From positions 50,829,008 through 50,893,007 of the forward strand of contig NC_057719.1 in NCBI RefSeq assembly GCF_004010195.1: DNA of 64,000 bases. Reading direction: 5' to 3'. The notes below the pieces were generated by a model. It saw only the letters and a program-made list of their open reading frames with translations. It was not told the DNA's origin and did not search any database. The DNA comes from Chiloscyllium plagiosum (taxonomy: Eukaryota). A program made the position numbers and the translations under genes. Each line of letters opens with the position of its first letter. Within the stretch, counting starts at the first letter, position 1. Below are positions 51,095 to 63,809 of the stretch, one piece after another.

Positions 51095-52425
51095 TGTAGT
51101 TATACAGTATGGAAACAGACCCTTCAGTCTAACCTGTCCGCATCCACCTAATATCCTAAACTAGTCTAGTCTATTTGCCAGCATTTGGTCCATATGCGTT
51201 TAAACCCTTTCTATTCATGTCGACTTCCAGATGCATTTTAAATATTGTAATTGTACCAGCCTCCATCACCTCCTGTGGCAGATTGTTCCATATACACACA
51301 ATCCTCTGGATGAAAACGTTGCCCCTTAGGTCCCTTTTAATTTTTCCCTTGTCGCAAACTTATGCCTGCTACTTTTGGACTCTCCTACCTCAGGGAAAAA
51401 GACTTTGGCTATTCACCCTAGCCATGCCCCTCACAATTTTATAAATTTCTATAAGAAATATTGGGCGGCACGGTGGCACAGTGGTTAGCACTGCTGCTTC
51501 ACAGCACCAGAGACCCGGGTTCAATTACCACCTCAGGCGACTGACTGTGTGGAGTTTGCATGTTCTCCCCGTGTCTGCGTGGGTTTCCTCCGGGTGCTCC
51601 GGTTTCCTCCCACAGTCCAAAGATGTGCAGGGTCAGGTGAATTGGCCATACTAAATTGCCCGTAGTGTTAGGTAAGGGGTAAATGTAGGGGTATGGGTGG
51701 GTTTCGCTTCGGCGGGTCGGTGTGGACTTGTCGGGCCGAAGGGCCTGTTTCCACACTGTAATGTAATCTAATCTAAAAAAAAATCACCCCACATCCTCCC
51801 CTGCTCCAAACTATTCAGCCTCTCCCTATTGCTCAACCTCTCCAATTCCAGCAATACCTTTTGTAAATCTTTTCTGAACCCTTTCAAGTTTAATCTTTCT
51901 TACCTAACTCTATTAGCAAAATTCCCTGACTGCTTTTCACCATTTATATAAATGGTTTGGATATGAAGATCGAAGGTATGATCAGTAAGTTTGCAGATGA
52001 CACCAAATTTGGTGATATAGTGGATAGTGAAGAAGATTATCTAAGAGTACGAGACCTTGATCAGATGGGCCAATGGGCCAAGGAGTGACTGATATAGTTT
52101 AATTCAGATAAATGTGAGGTGTTATATTTTGATAAGGCAAATCAGGGCAGGACTTGCACAGTTAATGATAGGGCCTTGGGGAGTATTGGTGAATAAAGAA
52201 ACCAAGGGATGCAGATGCATAGTTCCTTGAAAGTGGATTCGCAGGTAAACAGGATGGTGAAGAAGGTGTTTGGGTTTCATTGGTCAGTGCATTAAGTATA
52301 GGAATTGGGATGTCATGTTGCAGTTGTACAGGACATTGGTTAGGCCGCTTTTAGAATACTGTGTTCAATTCTGGTCTCCCAGGAAAGATGTTGTCAAACT
52401 TGAAAAGGTTTGGAAAAGGTTTACG
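51095..52425. mobile_element. CR1 3' end (-, 51095-51895, HE1 nested) joined to an inverted upstream CR1 segment (+, ~51930-52425)
   Basis: The plus segment runs from IYIN.LD..SKFADDTK to VKLEKV.KRFT. The minus segment starts at KLERVQKRFT. Confidence 0.8.
51462..51775 (+). mobile_element. Young full-length HE1 V-SINE
   Basis: gggcggcacggtggcacagtggttagc head with retained CpGs, B box ggttcaatt, V-domain and TAATC tail. Confidence 0.95.
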
Positions 52426-54415
52426 AACTCATTCTTCTGAATTACATATCTCATTTTTCACCATCAAAGATTGATTTGCTCCTGGTAGAAGTTTTAGTTT
52501 TCTTAATTTCTTTACCTGCTCCTCCTGGCAAACATGAGTAAACCTTACCCTTGCAAGTGAGATCCGGCACTTTCTTCTCAACCAACCTTTGACCAGGTTG
52601 TACATTCTGTTACAGCTTTTTAGCTTCCACTGTGCTTTCTTTTACCAATTCAACAAAACTCACTGGCTTATCCCATTTTCCCACATCTGTCTTTTGCTAA
52701 ATGACCAACACTGTGATTTCATATGAGCTACTTTATTGCAGTGAAAACACCTGAGTTTTTCTCGTTCTCTTTTCTCCCACATGGATTTTCTTTTTACTCT
52801 GTGGTAAACTACTATATTCAAAGAGATCGCCTCTCCCCTTACCACGTGAAAATTTCTCTTTTCCCCAATTTCTATCGCTCACAGATTGAAATTGATATCG
52901 GAAACCAAACTTTGATTTATGAGCCAATTTATAATCATCAGCCATTTTAGCCATTTCATGAGAGTTTTAACTCTCTGTTCTTCCACATGAGTTCTCATGA
53001 CTTCAAGAAGTGAATCTTTGAACTCCTCCAAAATAATAGTCTTTCCAAGACCATCATAAGTTTGATCTACTTGCAATGCCTTTATCTAACTATCAAAAAT
53101 ATTTAGTTTGATCATTTCAAACTCAATATACATTGGACCATGAAAAAAAGCTTCTACATCCTTCTCATTGAACTGCTTGGATATATTTAAACAGATCCCA
53201 CCAGGCCTTTGGCTGCGATGGGTTGGCTCACCATCACTATTCCCCTCATTGAGCCTACCTTCTGCCTTCACCTCTGCCCTTTTAAGTTGACTTTCCACTC
53301 CAATTGCTAACTTCTAAATTTCAAACTCACACTCTCTTTCCCCTTTTCCACTGCTTTTAATCATAATTCAAATTGTTTCATTTCCTTTTCATGTTCAAGC
53401 TGTTTCATTTTCAGTTGAATTTTAGCCATTTCCAAAGATTCTATGGCATTCTTGGCAAATGTAAATGCTACATGATTGCCACAACTATCTCCCCTTTGCT
53501 CGCAGACTCAAGGCAAACCCAACTCCAGACTGTTTGCCAATTCTGAAAGCCATGCTTTGCTCAGTTTCTCTAAAAGTTCTGAAGCAGCTTCTTCCACTCC
53601 CTAGGAAATACTTTGTGACCGGAAGAGCTGTTACTATACAATGCACTACTGAATTCTACACCTGAAGTAAAAGACGTAACACTTACCACTTGCTGCCTTT
53701 GAGTCTAACAATCCTAAACCTAACCTAAAATTAGAGATTTTGATCCAGACAAGAGCTCCCAGTTTGTTCTGGACCAGACCAAATCCCTTCAAAATATTCA
53801 GAAGATAGTTTAGATCTCAATTTTTTCTCACTTTAAAGATAAGTTTAAGATGCTGAGTTCCAGATTCAATTCAATTGGTCAAACTACCGGATTTAAAGGA
53901 AAAGACACTTCATTCATTCACTATATTTAAAATACAACAAAAGAAAGAAGGAATTGGATTACCTTAACTCTATTGGAAAACTTAACAGAATAATAAATAC
54001 AGTAACTATTACTAATCAACTGTTCCAGTATAGTTGGAATATAATTACATTTCATAAACACACCTTTGTCAAAAGGCAAATTCAGGAAACAGATTGTGCC
54101 ACAGGCAATTCCAGTAGCAGGAAGAGAACTCCTAGCTTTTAGCTGTAATTGAGAGAAAGAAAAAAAATAGCTTCTGCTTCTTCAGGATCCCAGTAGCAAC
54201 TGCTGAAAGCTAAAACTAAAATTCCTGGTTCCATGGGAGCTTGACCACACCCATTCAGGCTGCTCAAATATTCCAACTTTTAAAAACAAATCCCCAAGGC
54301 CTCACAAGCTATTTACTCTAGTGGCACTGGTGGACTGCTCACCATCTCTGCTTTAAAACTGCTCTTCAAAACAAATAGGACAAAATACACCTCTTAAAGT
54401 CACAGTATTGTTACA
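52426..54415 (-). mobile_element. Gmr1-type LTR retrotransposon 5' end: LTR (53765-54415), degenerate PBS and gag remnant
   Basis: Gag motifs FNEKDVEAFF, ILEEFKDSL, MADDY.L.HK and zinc knuckle CFHCNKVAHMKSQC. TG...CA-bounded LTR. Adjacent tgggagctcttgtctggatc resembles the tRNA-Pro PBS TGGGGGCTCGTCCGGGAT. Confidence 0.8.
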
Positions 54416-54734
54416 ATACAATAAGGCCCACCAATGTTTATTATGTATATGTTTACTATTTCAAATTTAGCTGTTAAAGTTGTGCCTGTTTCTCCTCAAG
54501 CTGTAAATGGAGTCTTTTCTTGAGGGTCTTGGGAAATCTGCACAAATTTAGTTGGTAATTCAGTGGGTTTAGTTTACAAAGTGGACATTAACTTGATTCA
54601 TTCTTCCTATGATTTAAAGTTTCTTTCTGAAAATCTTTCTATTTCTGTATCCGGTACAGCTCTTGATATGAAATGGTATTTCACATTTGACTTCTCTATT
54701 TATTAATTTCTTTCTATTATTTTTAACACATTAG

Positions 54735-54985
54735 TGTCATGTCGGTAGCTAAGGATGAAGATCCTGAGAGTTTGGCACTACCACCACATGCTGTCATTCC
54801 TGTAAACCCAACCTCATCTCTGCCAGATGTACAAGTTCCAACAGCCCCTGTTCAATCACTGACTCCAGTCCCATCAACAGAAGGAAGTAGCTCAACAATC
54901 TCCATCACTGAAACAGAGACCGCTGACCGAAACATCTCTGAAGGAGAGATCCTCCTAAGCTATGGACAAATGGCTGCAGCAAAAG
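54735..54985 (+). CDS. KIAA0586: KIAA0586 exon (phase 2-1), (I)VMSVAKDEDPESLALP...TISITETETADRNISEGEILLSYGQMAAAK
   Basis: Splicing recreates RAI-VMSVAKDE.PES as in human TALPID3, and the exon carries the TETET..ISEGEIL motif. Acceptor cattag and donor AAG|gtaagg. Confidence 0.95.
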
Positions 54986-55599
54986 GTAAGGCTACACCAG
55001 ACTATTTACTTTACTAATGAATAATTTTTTTTTGACTTGACTGTAACACCCTTGAGTTTGGGTAATTTCACACAATTCTTAATGAGAGAAGGTACACAGC
55101 CTAAAACTGCCCACAGTTAAGAATAAATTCCCTTAATTTAACAAACAGTGAAAAAAAAGCATTGTAGCAAAGTCTTGCTCATGTAGCAACTCTATTTATA
55201 TGGCTGGCCCAGTTCAGTTTATGGTAACCTCCAGAAAGTAAATGGCGGGGGATTCAGCAATGGTAATGCCATTGAATGTCAAGGTGAGATAGTTAAATTG
55301 CTCCTGTTGGACATTGACATTGTCTGGCAGTAGTGTGACATGAATATTACTTGCCATTTTTCAGTCCAAGCCCAAGTGTTAGCTGGTTCTTGCTGCACAT
55401 TGGCATGGACTGCTCAGTATCTAAGGAGTTGCAAATGGTACTGAATATTGTGCAGCCATTAGTGATCAGCTCTACTTCTGACTTTATGATAGAAGAAGGT
55501 TATTAATGAAGGAGCTGAAGATGGTTAGGCTGAGGTCATTCCCCTGAAAAACTCCCACAGCAATGGTCAGGAGCTGAGACAAACAACCATAACATTTCC

Positions 55600-58400
55600 T
55601 TTTGCAGATAATACAAGTCATGACCAGGAGTAGAATCTGTCTAACTTTGCGTTAAACGTATTAAAGCTCTCTACTTCTACCATTTTTTTCAGAAACATAG
55701 TTCAAAAGTCTCATGACCCTCTGACAGAAAATGTTTGACCTAAGCTCAGCTTTAAACTGGCCACCTTGATTTTTTTAAACATTGACCTCGAGTCCAAGAT
55801 TCTTACTTGAGAAGAAGCATCTTCTCTGCATCTACCCTGTCAACACCTCTCAGTCTTGTTTATATTCAATTAAATTACATCTTCCTCTTCTCAACTCCAG
55901 CGAATTCAAACCTAGTCTTCCTAAGCTTCTTCATAAGACAGCCTTCTCAGTCCAGGTATTAGTATTCTAAATCTTCTGAACTCTCTCTATTCATTTTTAT
56001 ATCCTTCCTTAATTAAGGTGACCAATGCTATGCATAATACTACAAATGCAGTCTCACTGTGCCCTGTATAACTGAAGCATAATCTCCATACATTTGTATT
56101 GAATTCCCCGTGCAATAAATTATAACATTGTATTTGCCTTCTTAACTACTTGCTGTACCTGCAAACTAATTTTGTAATTCATGCACTATGACAGTCAGAT
56201 CCTTCTGCATCTCAAAGCTCTGCAATCTCTTACCATTTAGATAACATACTTCTTTTTTCTTCTTACTGGTAGGATGGTCATTTTCCATTATTATACTCTG
56301 TCTCTGTCCACTCACATAATATATCTTTTTGTAACTTCCTTATGTCCTTTTCACAATGTACATTCCGGCCTATATTTTTGTTATCGGCAGATTTGGCAAA
56401 CATACCACTTTACCTTCATCAAAGTCATTCATATAAGTTGTAAATGTCTGAAGTCCCAGCATTAATCCCGATGGCACACCACTAGTTACATCTTGCCAAT
56501 CTGAAATAGATCCATTTGTAGTAATCTCTGCTTCCTGTTAGCCAGCGAATCTTCTGTCCAAGCTAAAATGCCACCCCCCTGCACCATAAGCTTTTATTTT
56601 CTGCTTTGATATGCATATCTTGTCAAATGCCTTGGGGAAATCTAAATACGTTACACCCACGTATTCCTCTTTCTCCAAAGACATGTCACCTTCTCAAAGA
56701 ACTTTAACACATGGATCAAACGTGATTTCTTTTACTCAAAACCATACTCGCGGTACCTAATTACCTTGAGCTTTTCCAATGTATAATCTCTTTAATAATT
56801 TAATAATATTTTTCCTATGACAAATGTTAAGCTACATTTCTGCCTCCTTCACTTTTTGAATAGAGTTATATTCATTGTCTTAGTACAAGGTGGTTCTTGT
56901 TGTATATTGACATGGACTGCTTCAGTATCTAAGCAGTTGCAAATGGTATTGAATATTATGCAGCCATCAGTGACCAGCTCTACTTCTGACTTTATGATGG
57001 AAGAAGGTTATTAGTGAAAGAGCTGAAGGTAGTTAGGCTGAGGTTAGTTCCCTGAAAAACTCCTACAGCAATGGCCAGGAGCTGAGACAACAGAGGGGTG
57101 GGGTTTGGAAAATTAAACTATTGCATCAATTCTCTTGCTAACTATTACTTTTAAGACCCAAGAATGATGTCTATCTGGAACTCGGTACTTGTCAGTCCAC
57201 ATCTCCAACAATTCACTCAGTGCCACTTCTCTGGTGATTGTGATTTGGCTATGTTCCTCCCACCCTTCCATTTCCTGATTTATTGTTGTTTTTGGGATGT
57301 TGCATGTGAAGACTGATGCAAAACGCCTATTCAATTTGTCTACCATTTCCTTATTTTTGATTATTCATTCTACAATGTCACTTCGTATAAGAGCAATATT
57401 CACTTTGTCAACTCTTTAAATATTTATAGAAGCTTTTACTATCAGTTTTATAGATATGGCAGCATTTGTTCATACTCTAATTTTTCTCCTCTATTAATTT
57501 TTTGGTCATTCTTTGCTTTTTTTGAATATTCAGCACAATCATCTGCCCTGACACCTGTGTTTGCACAAGTATATGCCTCTGCTTTAAGTTTACGCTATCT
57601 TTAACATTACTAGTTAATCATGGATAGTGGATCAGTTCCTTGGAATTTTTCTTACTTGGAATGTATCTATTCTTTATATTCTAAACTAACTCTGGAAATG
57701 TCTGCCACTGACTCTCTATTGACCTAACCTTTAAACTTATTTGCCAATTTACTTAAGCCAGCTCTGCATTCATACCCACACAACTGTACTTATTTAACTT
57801 TTGCAAAGTGTCTCTGACACATTCCATTCTCAAATTAAATGGAAAATGTCATCATATTATGGTCACTGCTATCAAGGGATGGCTTCACCCTAAGATCATT
57901 AATTAATCTTATCTCATTAAACAAAACCAGGTCTGTGGTATCCTGCTATCTGGTTGGCTATCATTGAAATTATCCCCCCCAAAAATTCAGTGTACTCCTG
58001 TTTTAAGCTACCTTTGCCTGTCTAACTTTTCCAGCCAATATGTGAATTTAATTTTACCATGATTATCACTGTACACTTTTGGCAAACTCTCATTATTTCT
58101 TCCCTTATACTCCACCTACTATGTGGCTATTGTTAGGGGCCTTTATACCACACTCAGAAGTGATTTCTTGCCTCCTTCATTTCTCATTTGTATTCAAACT
58201 AATTCCATATCTTGGTCTTCTGAACTGAGGTCATCCTTCCCAATTGTATCAATAACACCATGAGCCAACAGAGTCATTCCTCCACATTTCCCTATATTCT
58301 TGTCATTTGTAAATGTCTGTACCCTTTATACTCCGGTCGCAATCCATGACACCCTGCAGGCATGTCTCTGTAATGGAGTTGGCAAGAGCATCAGCTATAG
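55600..58400 (-). mobile_element. Old, long CR1-type LINE remnant
   Basis: Decayed antisense ORF2 motifs (DFPKAFDK ~56630, SGVPSGLMLG ~56470, KLNRRFASVFT ~57330). Confidence 0.65.
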
Positions 58401-59103
58401 CATATTTCAGGTGGAGACCATCCCATCAATACAGATTCAACTTTCCCAATTACTGGTGCCAGTGCCCCACAAACCAGAATCCACACCATCCTTTGAGCCC
58501 CACAGTCATCTCTCTATTCCGATTTGTCCTCTGTTAATTTGCCAAACATGTAATAATGCAAAAATTATGACCTTTCGGGTTCCGCTTTTTAATTTGATGC
58601 CTAGTTCCACAGACTAGCTATGCAGAGCCTTCTTTTTTTTTGGTCTCTGAACCATAATGGCTCAATTCTCCCCCTCCCACTCAAGTTCATCTCCACCCCG
58701 AGCAGATGTTCCAAACTCTGGCACCAGGCATGCAACACAATCATCTGGACTCATGCCAAACTCTCTCTCTACATTGTTCCCAACTACCACTGCATTACTA
58801 CTTGGTTTCCACCTCCTGAGTCACTTGTATTCAACTTCATATTTAGTTATATTTTTACATATTTAACTAACCTTATTGACCATTTTGAACCTTAGGAATA
58901 TAATAACTCTTAATGACTGATCAGATGCTAGTGTTTGATTACAATCAAACAGCTCAGCTTGATATTTCTGGTCATCAAGTCTTCAAAACTATTGTCGGGA
59001 TGTTGGCAGGGCCCAAAACTTTTGCTGTATCCAATGTCTTCAGCATTGTTGATAACACTTTCAGGAGTGTAACTACTTATGGAATATGTCTTTTGCTTTT
59101 CAG

Positions 59104-59180
59104 CTTTAATAGAAGAAGGTATCTACTTTCCAAACTTCAATGTTAGTCTGTCCAATACACTCCACGATGCTCAAGAAATG
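59104..59180 (+). CDS. KIAA0586: KIAA0586 exon (phase 1-0), ALIEEGIYFPNFNVSLSNTLHDAQEM
   Basis: Acceptor ttttgcttttcag and donor ATG|gtacgt. Matches human '[21 protein letters not shown]'. This frame is not in the ORF track. Confidence 0.92.
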
Positions 59181-59859
59181 GTACGTTTATGAAAGATATG
59201 GCTTTGCAAACTCATTCAAAAAAATCTTTGCATTCAATTCATTGCTAGCCCTGCTTTTGAATTTTTTGAACTGTATTTCATTTGTGTTCTGTTGCTAAAA
59301 TTGGAGTTTATAATTGTATGTATTTTATATGTGATAACAATAATTCTTAATTCTAACTACATAATTACAGTTCATACCCAAGCATTTCCCAAAAGGACCA
59401 AATGTATTTGATTGCAGTAGTTAGTTAAATGTAATTGATTAAGTTTGACTCTTTGTGTGCAAGGTTCAGTGCTTACTGGCCCTGGGTTTCTCCCTCACCT
59501 TGGTTGCCACAATGATTCATATGTAGAATCACAGAATGTCATATCTGTGCCATCTCTCTGTAAGAGCAACTTAATTAGAACCACGCTCCTCAATCTTTCC
59601 CTGCAGCACAGCAATTTATTTTCAGTTCAAATAATTATTCAGTTCACTTCTCTTATATACTCCCTCCAATGCCTTTAAGTTTATTTTTAAAATTGCCCAG
59701 AGTTGGACACAATATTGCAGTGAGGCCAAACCAGTATTTTGTTAAGGTTCACTCTAACTTCCTTGCTTTTAGAGTTTTATGCCTTTATCTCTAAAGCCCA
59801 GAATGGAGGATAGTGGAGGATAAGATGACTGGCCTACAGTTAGTGTGCTCATTGTCAGA

Positions 59860-61040
59860 AAATAAGTAGGAACAGGAGTAGGCGACTTGGCCCTCGAGAG
59901 AGTGCCATCATTCAAAAAAGTTGTGACTTTCTAATTGTGATCTTTACTGCACTCCTGCCAGACTCTCTCATAACTGCAGACTTTCTCATAAATCAAAAAC
60001 CTGTCTCACCCAGCCTTCAGTATAATATGTGATCCAGTCTGCAAAGATTAGAAACCATTTGAGAGCTAAAATTCCTCCTTTCTCTGACTTAAATGGGTGA
60101 TCCCTTATTTGGAGACTGCCCTTCCAGTTCTAGTTTCCTCCCATGAAAAGAAGCATTTTTTCAGCATATATCATGTCAGGATTTCTCAAAATCTTACATT
60201 AATGTTAATATTTAAATTAGATCACATCTCTTTTTTCTAATTTCCAATAAGCATCAGCTCAGCCTGCTTAATCTTTTTTCATAAGACAAGTTAATAATTC
60301 CAGGTATCATTCCTACTGAACCTGCTCTAATCTGCTTGAAATACGATCAGATCTCCTCCTTAAGTAAGGAAACATAAACTATACGCAGTTCTCAAGGTGT
60401 CTTCTCACCAATGCCCTACAGTTGTAGTGAGTCTCCCTACTCTTATACATCATCCCCATCACAATAATAGTCAATATTTTATTTGCCTTGCTAATTATTT
60501 GCTGTACCTATCATGCTATCATTTTGTGTTTTATCTCGGCGGAAGCCTAGATTTCTCTGTATTGCAGCATTCTAAGTCTCTTTATTTAAATAATAGTCTG
60601 TTTTTCTATTCTTCTGATCAAAATGGAGAACCTAGCATTTTCTCACATGACACTCCATTGCCATGTTTTCTCTCACATAACTTATCTATATTCCTTTAAA
60701 GACTCGTTGTGTCCTCCTTATAACTTTCCTTCTTATCTTCATATCACTTATTAGCAAATTTGATCACATTACAGTTGGTCTCTGCATCCAAGTCATTAAA
60801 ATACTTAATAAATAGTTGAGAAACCAGCACTGATCTATGTAGCATTCCACAATTACATTTGTCGACCTGAAACTTAGGTATTTATGCCTACATCCATTTT
60901 TGAACAAATGTATAACCTTTTGTATCCTCTGACACCATCCTGTTTCTAAAGAAGATGGAGAGTTTTTGACCAGTACCTCAGTAATTTTCAGTCTTAATTC
61001 CCTCAGTATTCGTGTGTGCATTCCCGATGACTTATCAACC
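59860..61040 (-). mobile_element. Old CR1-type LINE 3' remnant
   Basis: Antisense INDLDA...IKFAN-like remnant and CR1-type 3'UTR. Confidence 0.55.
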
Positions 61041-62334
61041 TTAACTCAACCTTTTTTTCTAATACTTTCTCAACGTTTAGCTCACACAGTATCTCTTATG
61101 CCTTTTCTTCCGCTAGAGCTGGGGAGGGGAGAGTGGAAGTCAGAAAAGCAGATGAAGGAGAAATGAATGAATGGTTATGATAGTTGGCTTAAATAAGATG
61201 ATGGGAGAGTTATTCATGTTGAGCATAAACACTGTTAAGAGATTGGTTAGAGCAATTAGCCTGCTTTGTGTCGGACAACAGAGTCAAAATAATTATTTTT
61301 GAGCTTTACACTGAATGTCAGATGACTATTTGGTCAAAGTGGGTATTACCACCAAGTTCAATCCTGTCCTCACCCAGTCTTCATACATGTGCATTGAGTA
61401 GACATGAGAAATAATAACACTAAGTGATATATGTCTTTCCTCAGCCAACAGTGTTGCAGTAAATCAGCAATCTAAAACCTGCAAACAAATGTTGAGTGAA
61501 GCTTACTGCTGAAATTTCCATAGCATTTTGCTCACTAAAAGTAAAAACAGTTGGCGATATGGAAGGCTGACCAAGTTAATTCAACAAATGCTGTCCTAAG
61601 TTTGATTCCCATACTGTTTTGAATTAACTGACTTCAGCTGGCAGCAGTATGGATCCTGCAATCTGCCTCAATTACTTTGGGTCAGGGAAGTGAAAATCAG
61701 CTTGTGTTCTTGCTTCTGATTGCTACCTAGTGAGGAGAGTATCAGACTGAATAATAGTAACTTAGCCGAGGTATTGAAGAGCAAGCAGTGCCTGTGGAAT
61801 TGTACCTCAGCTTGAAGCCATTGCAATCGGGAAAGAAAGAGGACAGAAAATTGGCAAGAGAATGAGAAAAGGGAAGAAATAAACAACCATTATCTTAAGT
61901 CTTAACACCATGCCCTGTATTTACACAGATATCGAGTTCTTTACTTTCTGTACTGGCTGAATAATGAAAAACATAATGCAGACGATGTCATTTAGAGAGA
62001 TAAACAATTGAAGATTTCTTTGCTGTAGACTAAACGCAATTGAATTTGTGTTTTTGAAGTGTTTGTGTTTAATAGATAGTAGAAGTTCTATTTTGGTCTA
62101 TATTTTAATGTGACCAGTACATTAATTCATAATCAGTAAGATGCTAAAGTCAGAAGAATTATCCTAAGAATGTAAATTATCAGAGAGACCTGGATGCTGC
62201 ATTGACCCAAAAATAATGTTCTTTCACAATTTTAAAAACGAAAAGAATAGTTCAATTATATATTACACATCCTCAGATAAGTAGTGTTATGGGTCTGCAA
62301 GGGAATGTGCAAGTTTGCAGTAAATGAAATGTGT

Positions 62335-62442
62335 TGTTGACTTGCTTGCTGAGCTGGTAAGTTTGTTCTCAGTTTTACCAGCTCCGCGAGCAAGCCAACA
62401 ACTTCACCCACAACCTGAGCTACAAATCTTCTTGAATACTCC
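62335..62442. mobile_element. Minimal fold-back family C cassette lacking the hammerhead core, with 13-bp TSD
   Basis: Arms 62335-62360 and 62375-62400 are inverted. TSD aaatgaaatgtgt (62322-62334) and aaatgcaatgtgt (62443-62455). Confidence 0.7.
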
Positions 62443-63809
62443 AAATGCAATGTGTATAAAAAATCACCTGGAGACAGCAGATAGAGGGTGATCGTGTGGG
62501 GAGGTTCATGTGCATTTGATTTTAACTCACTTATCCACTTAAATTAATAGAAAGATGACAACATGGGCTTTGTTACAGGCTTCAGTTCTCCTCACCTAGT
62601 TTTCTTCTGTGTTGTACTCTAGTAAGACTTATACCCTCAAGCACAATAGGAAAAAAAATCTTCCTCAATATGTCACTGATGTGGCGAAGTCATCAAGTGT
62701 ATCAGATGCTAATGATTGGAGCTTAATGATCACAAAAAAATGTGTTTGGAATCTGGTACTTGTGTTACATTGATATTGTTTATAATAGATTATCTTTAAC
62801 ACTGTATCAAAGTATGATTTATATGAGAAATTATTTATGTGAAAAATAACAATGATTGGACAATTTCAGAAATGAGAAATTTCTGTCACTTGGCAGAATT
62901 CTAACATTTGATCACATAATTCAGACCCTTTATTTCTGATCTTTGCTTGGCCAAAGGGAGCCATCTCTCATCCCCTCTTTAATCCACTGCCAATCTGACT
63001 TATTTCTGTACTTGGCAGGTGCAGAGGTTCTTATCCTGTTCATTGCTGCTCTCAAGACTAGTTTTCCAAGGCCCTACCTGTGTTAGGCCTTCTTTCCAGT
63101 GCCACTTCAGTCACTGTTGCTGGCCAAGGAAGGCTGGATTTTCTTACCCAATCAAAGGGCCCATTCGCAATGGAGAAATCAATTCCTGCCTCCTATTTTT
63201 CTTCACGCTTCATTCCAGACGTGGGAAGCTGAGAGATTCCAGTCAGCCTTGGTCTAAATCTCATCCCATCCGCAGCATCAGTCATGGCCCTGCATTGCCT
63301 TTAGCTTGGCCTGCTTGTTCACAGATGAGTACAGATTGATTTCAAATGGAAGGGAAGGCAGAAGTGAGTCAGTTCAAGGTGGGAGAGAAGGCTTAAGTAG
63401 TGTCAATTGGAGGCAGTTAGGGAGGAAGATGTACGTATGGAGAGTATGAAGATAAGCTTCACTGAGACTTCAGTCAGCATGGACTTTGTAAATCTACATG
63501 ACTCTATAAAATAACAATATTTTGTAAAGTGCTTTAAGGCCACAGATTTTTATGTTTACATTTAACATATAAAATATAATATATATTAAAGACAAGATGT
63601 TCTTCAACTGGAAAGGGTGCAGAAATGATTTACAAGGATACTACTGAGCCTGGAGTTATAAGGAGAGGCTGGATAGGATGGGACATCTTTCTCTAGAGCT
63701 TAAGAGGCTGAGGGCTTTATAAAAATTTATAAAATCATGAGAGGCATAGATAAGGTGAATAGCAAAGATCTTTTCCCTGGGGTCTGGGAATTCACCACTA
63801 GATAGCTTA

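Noticed and set aside
51462..51540. tRNA gene
   Set aside because: It is the head of an HE1 SINE and continues into the V-domain and tail. The same applies to the other SINE heads.
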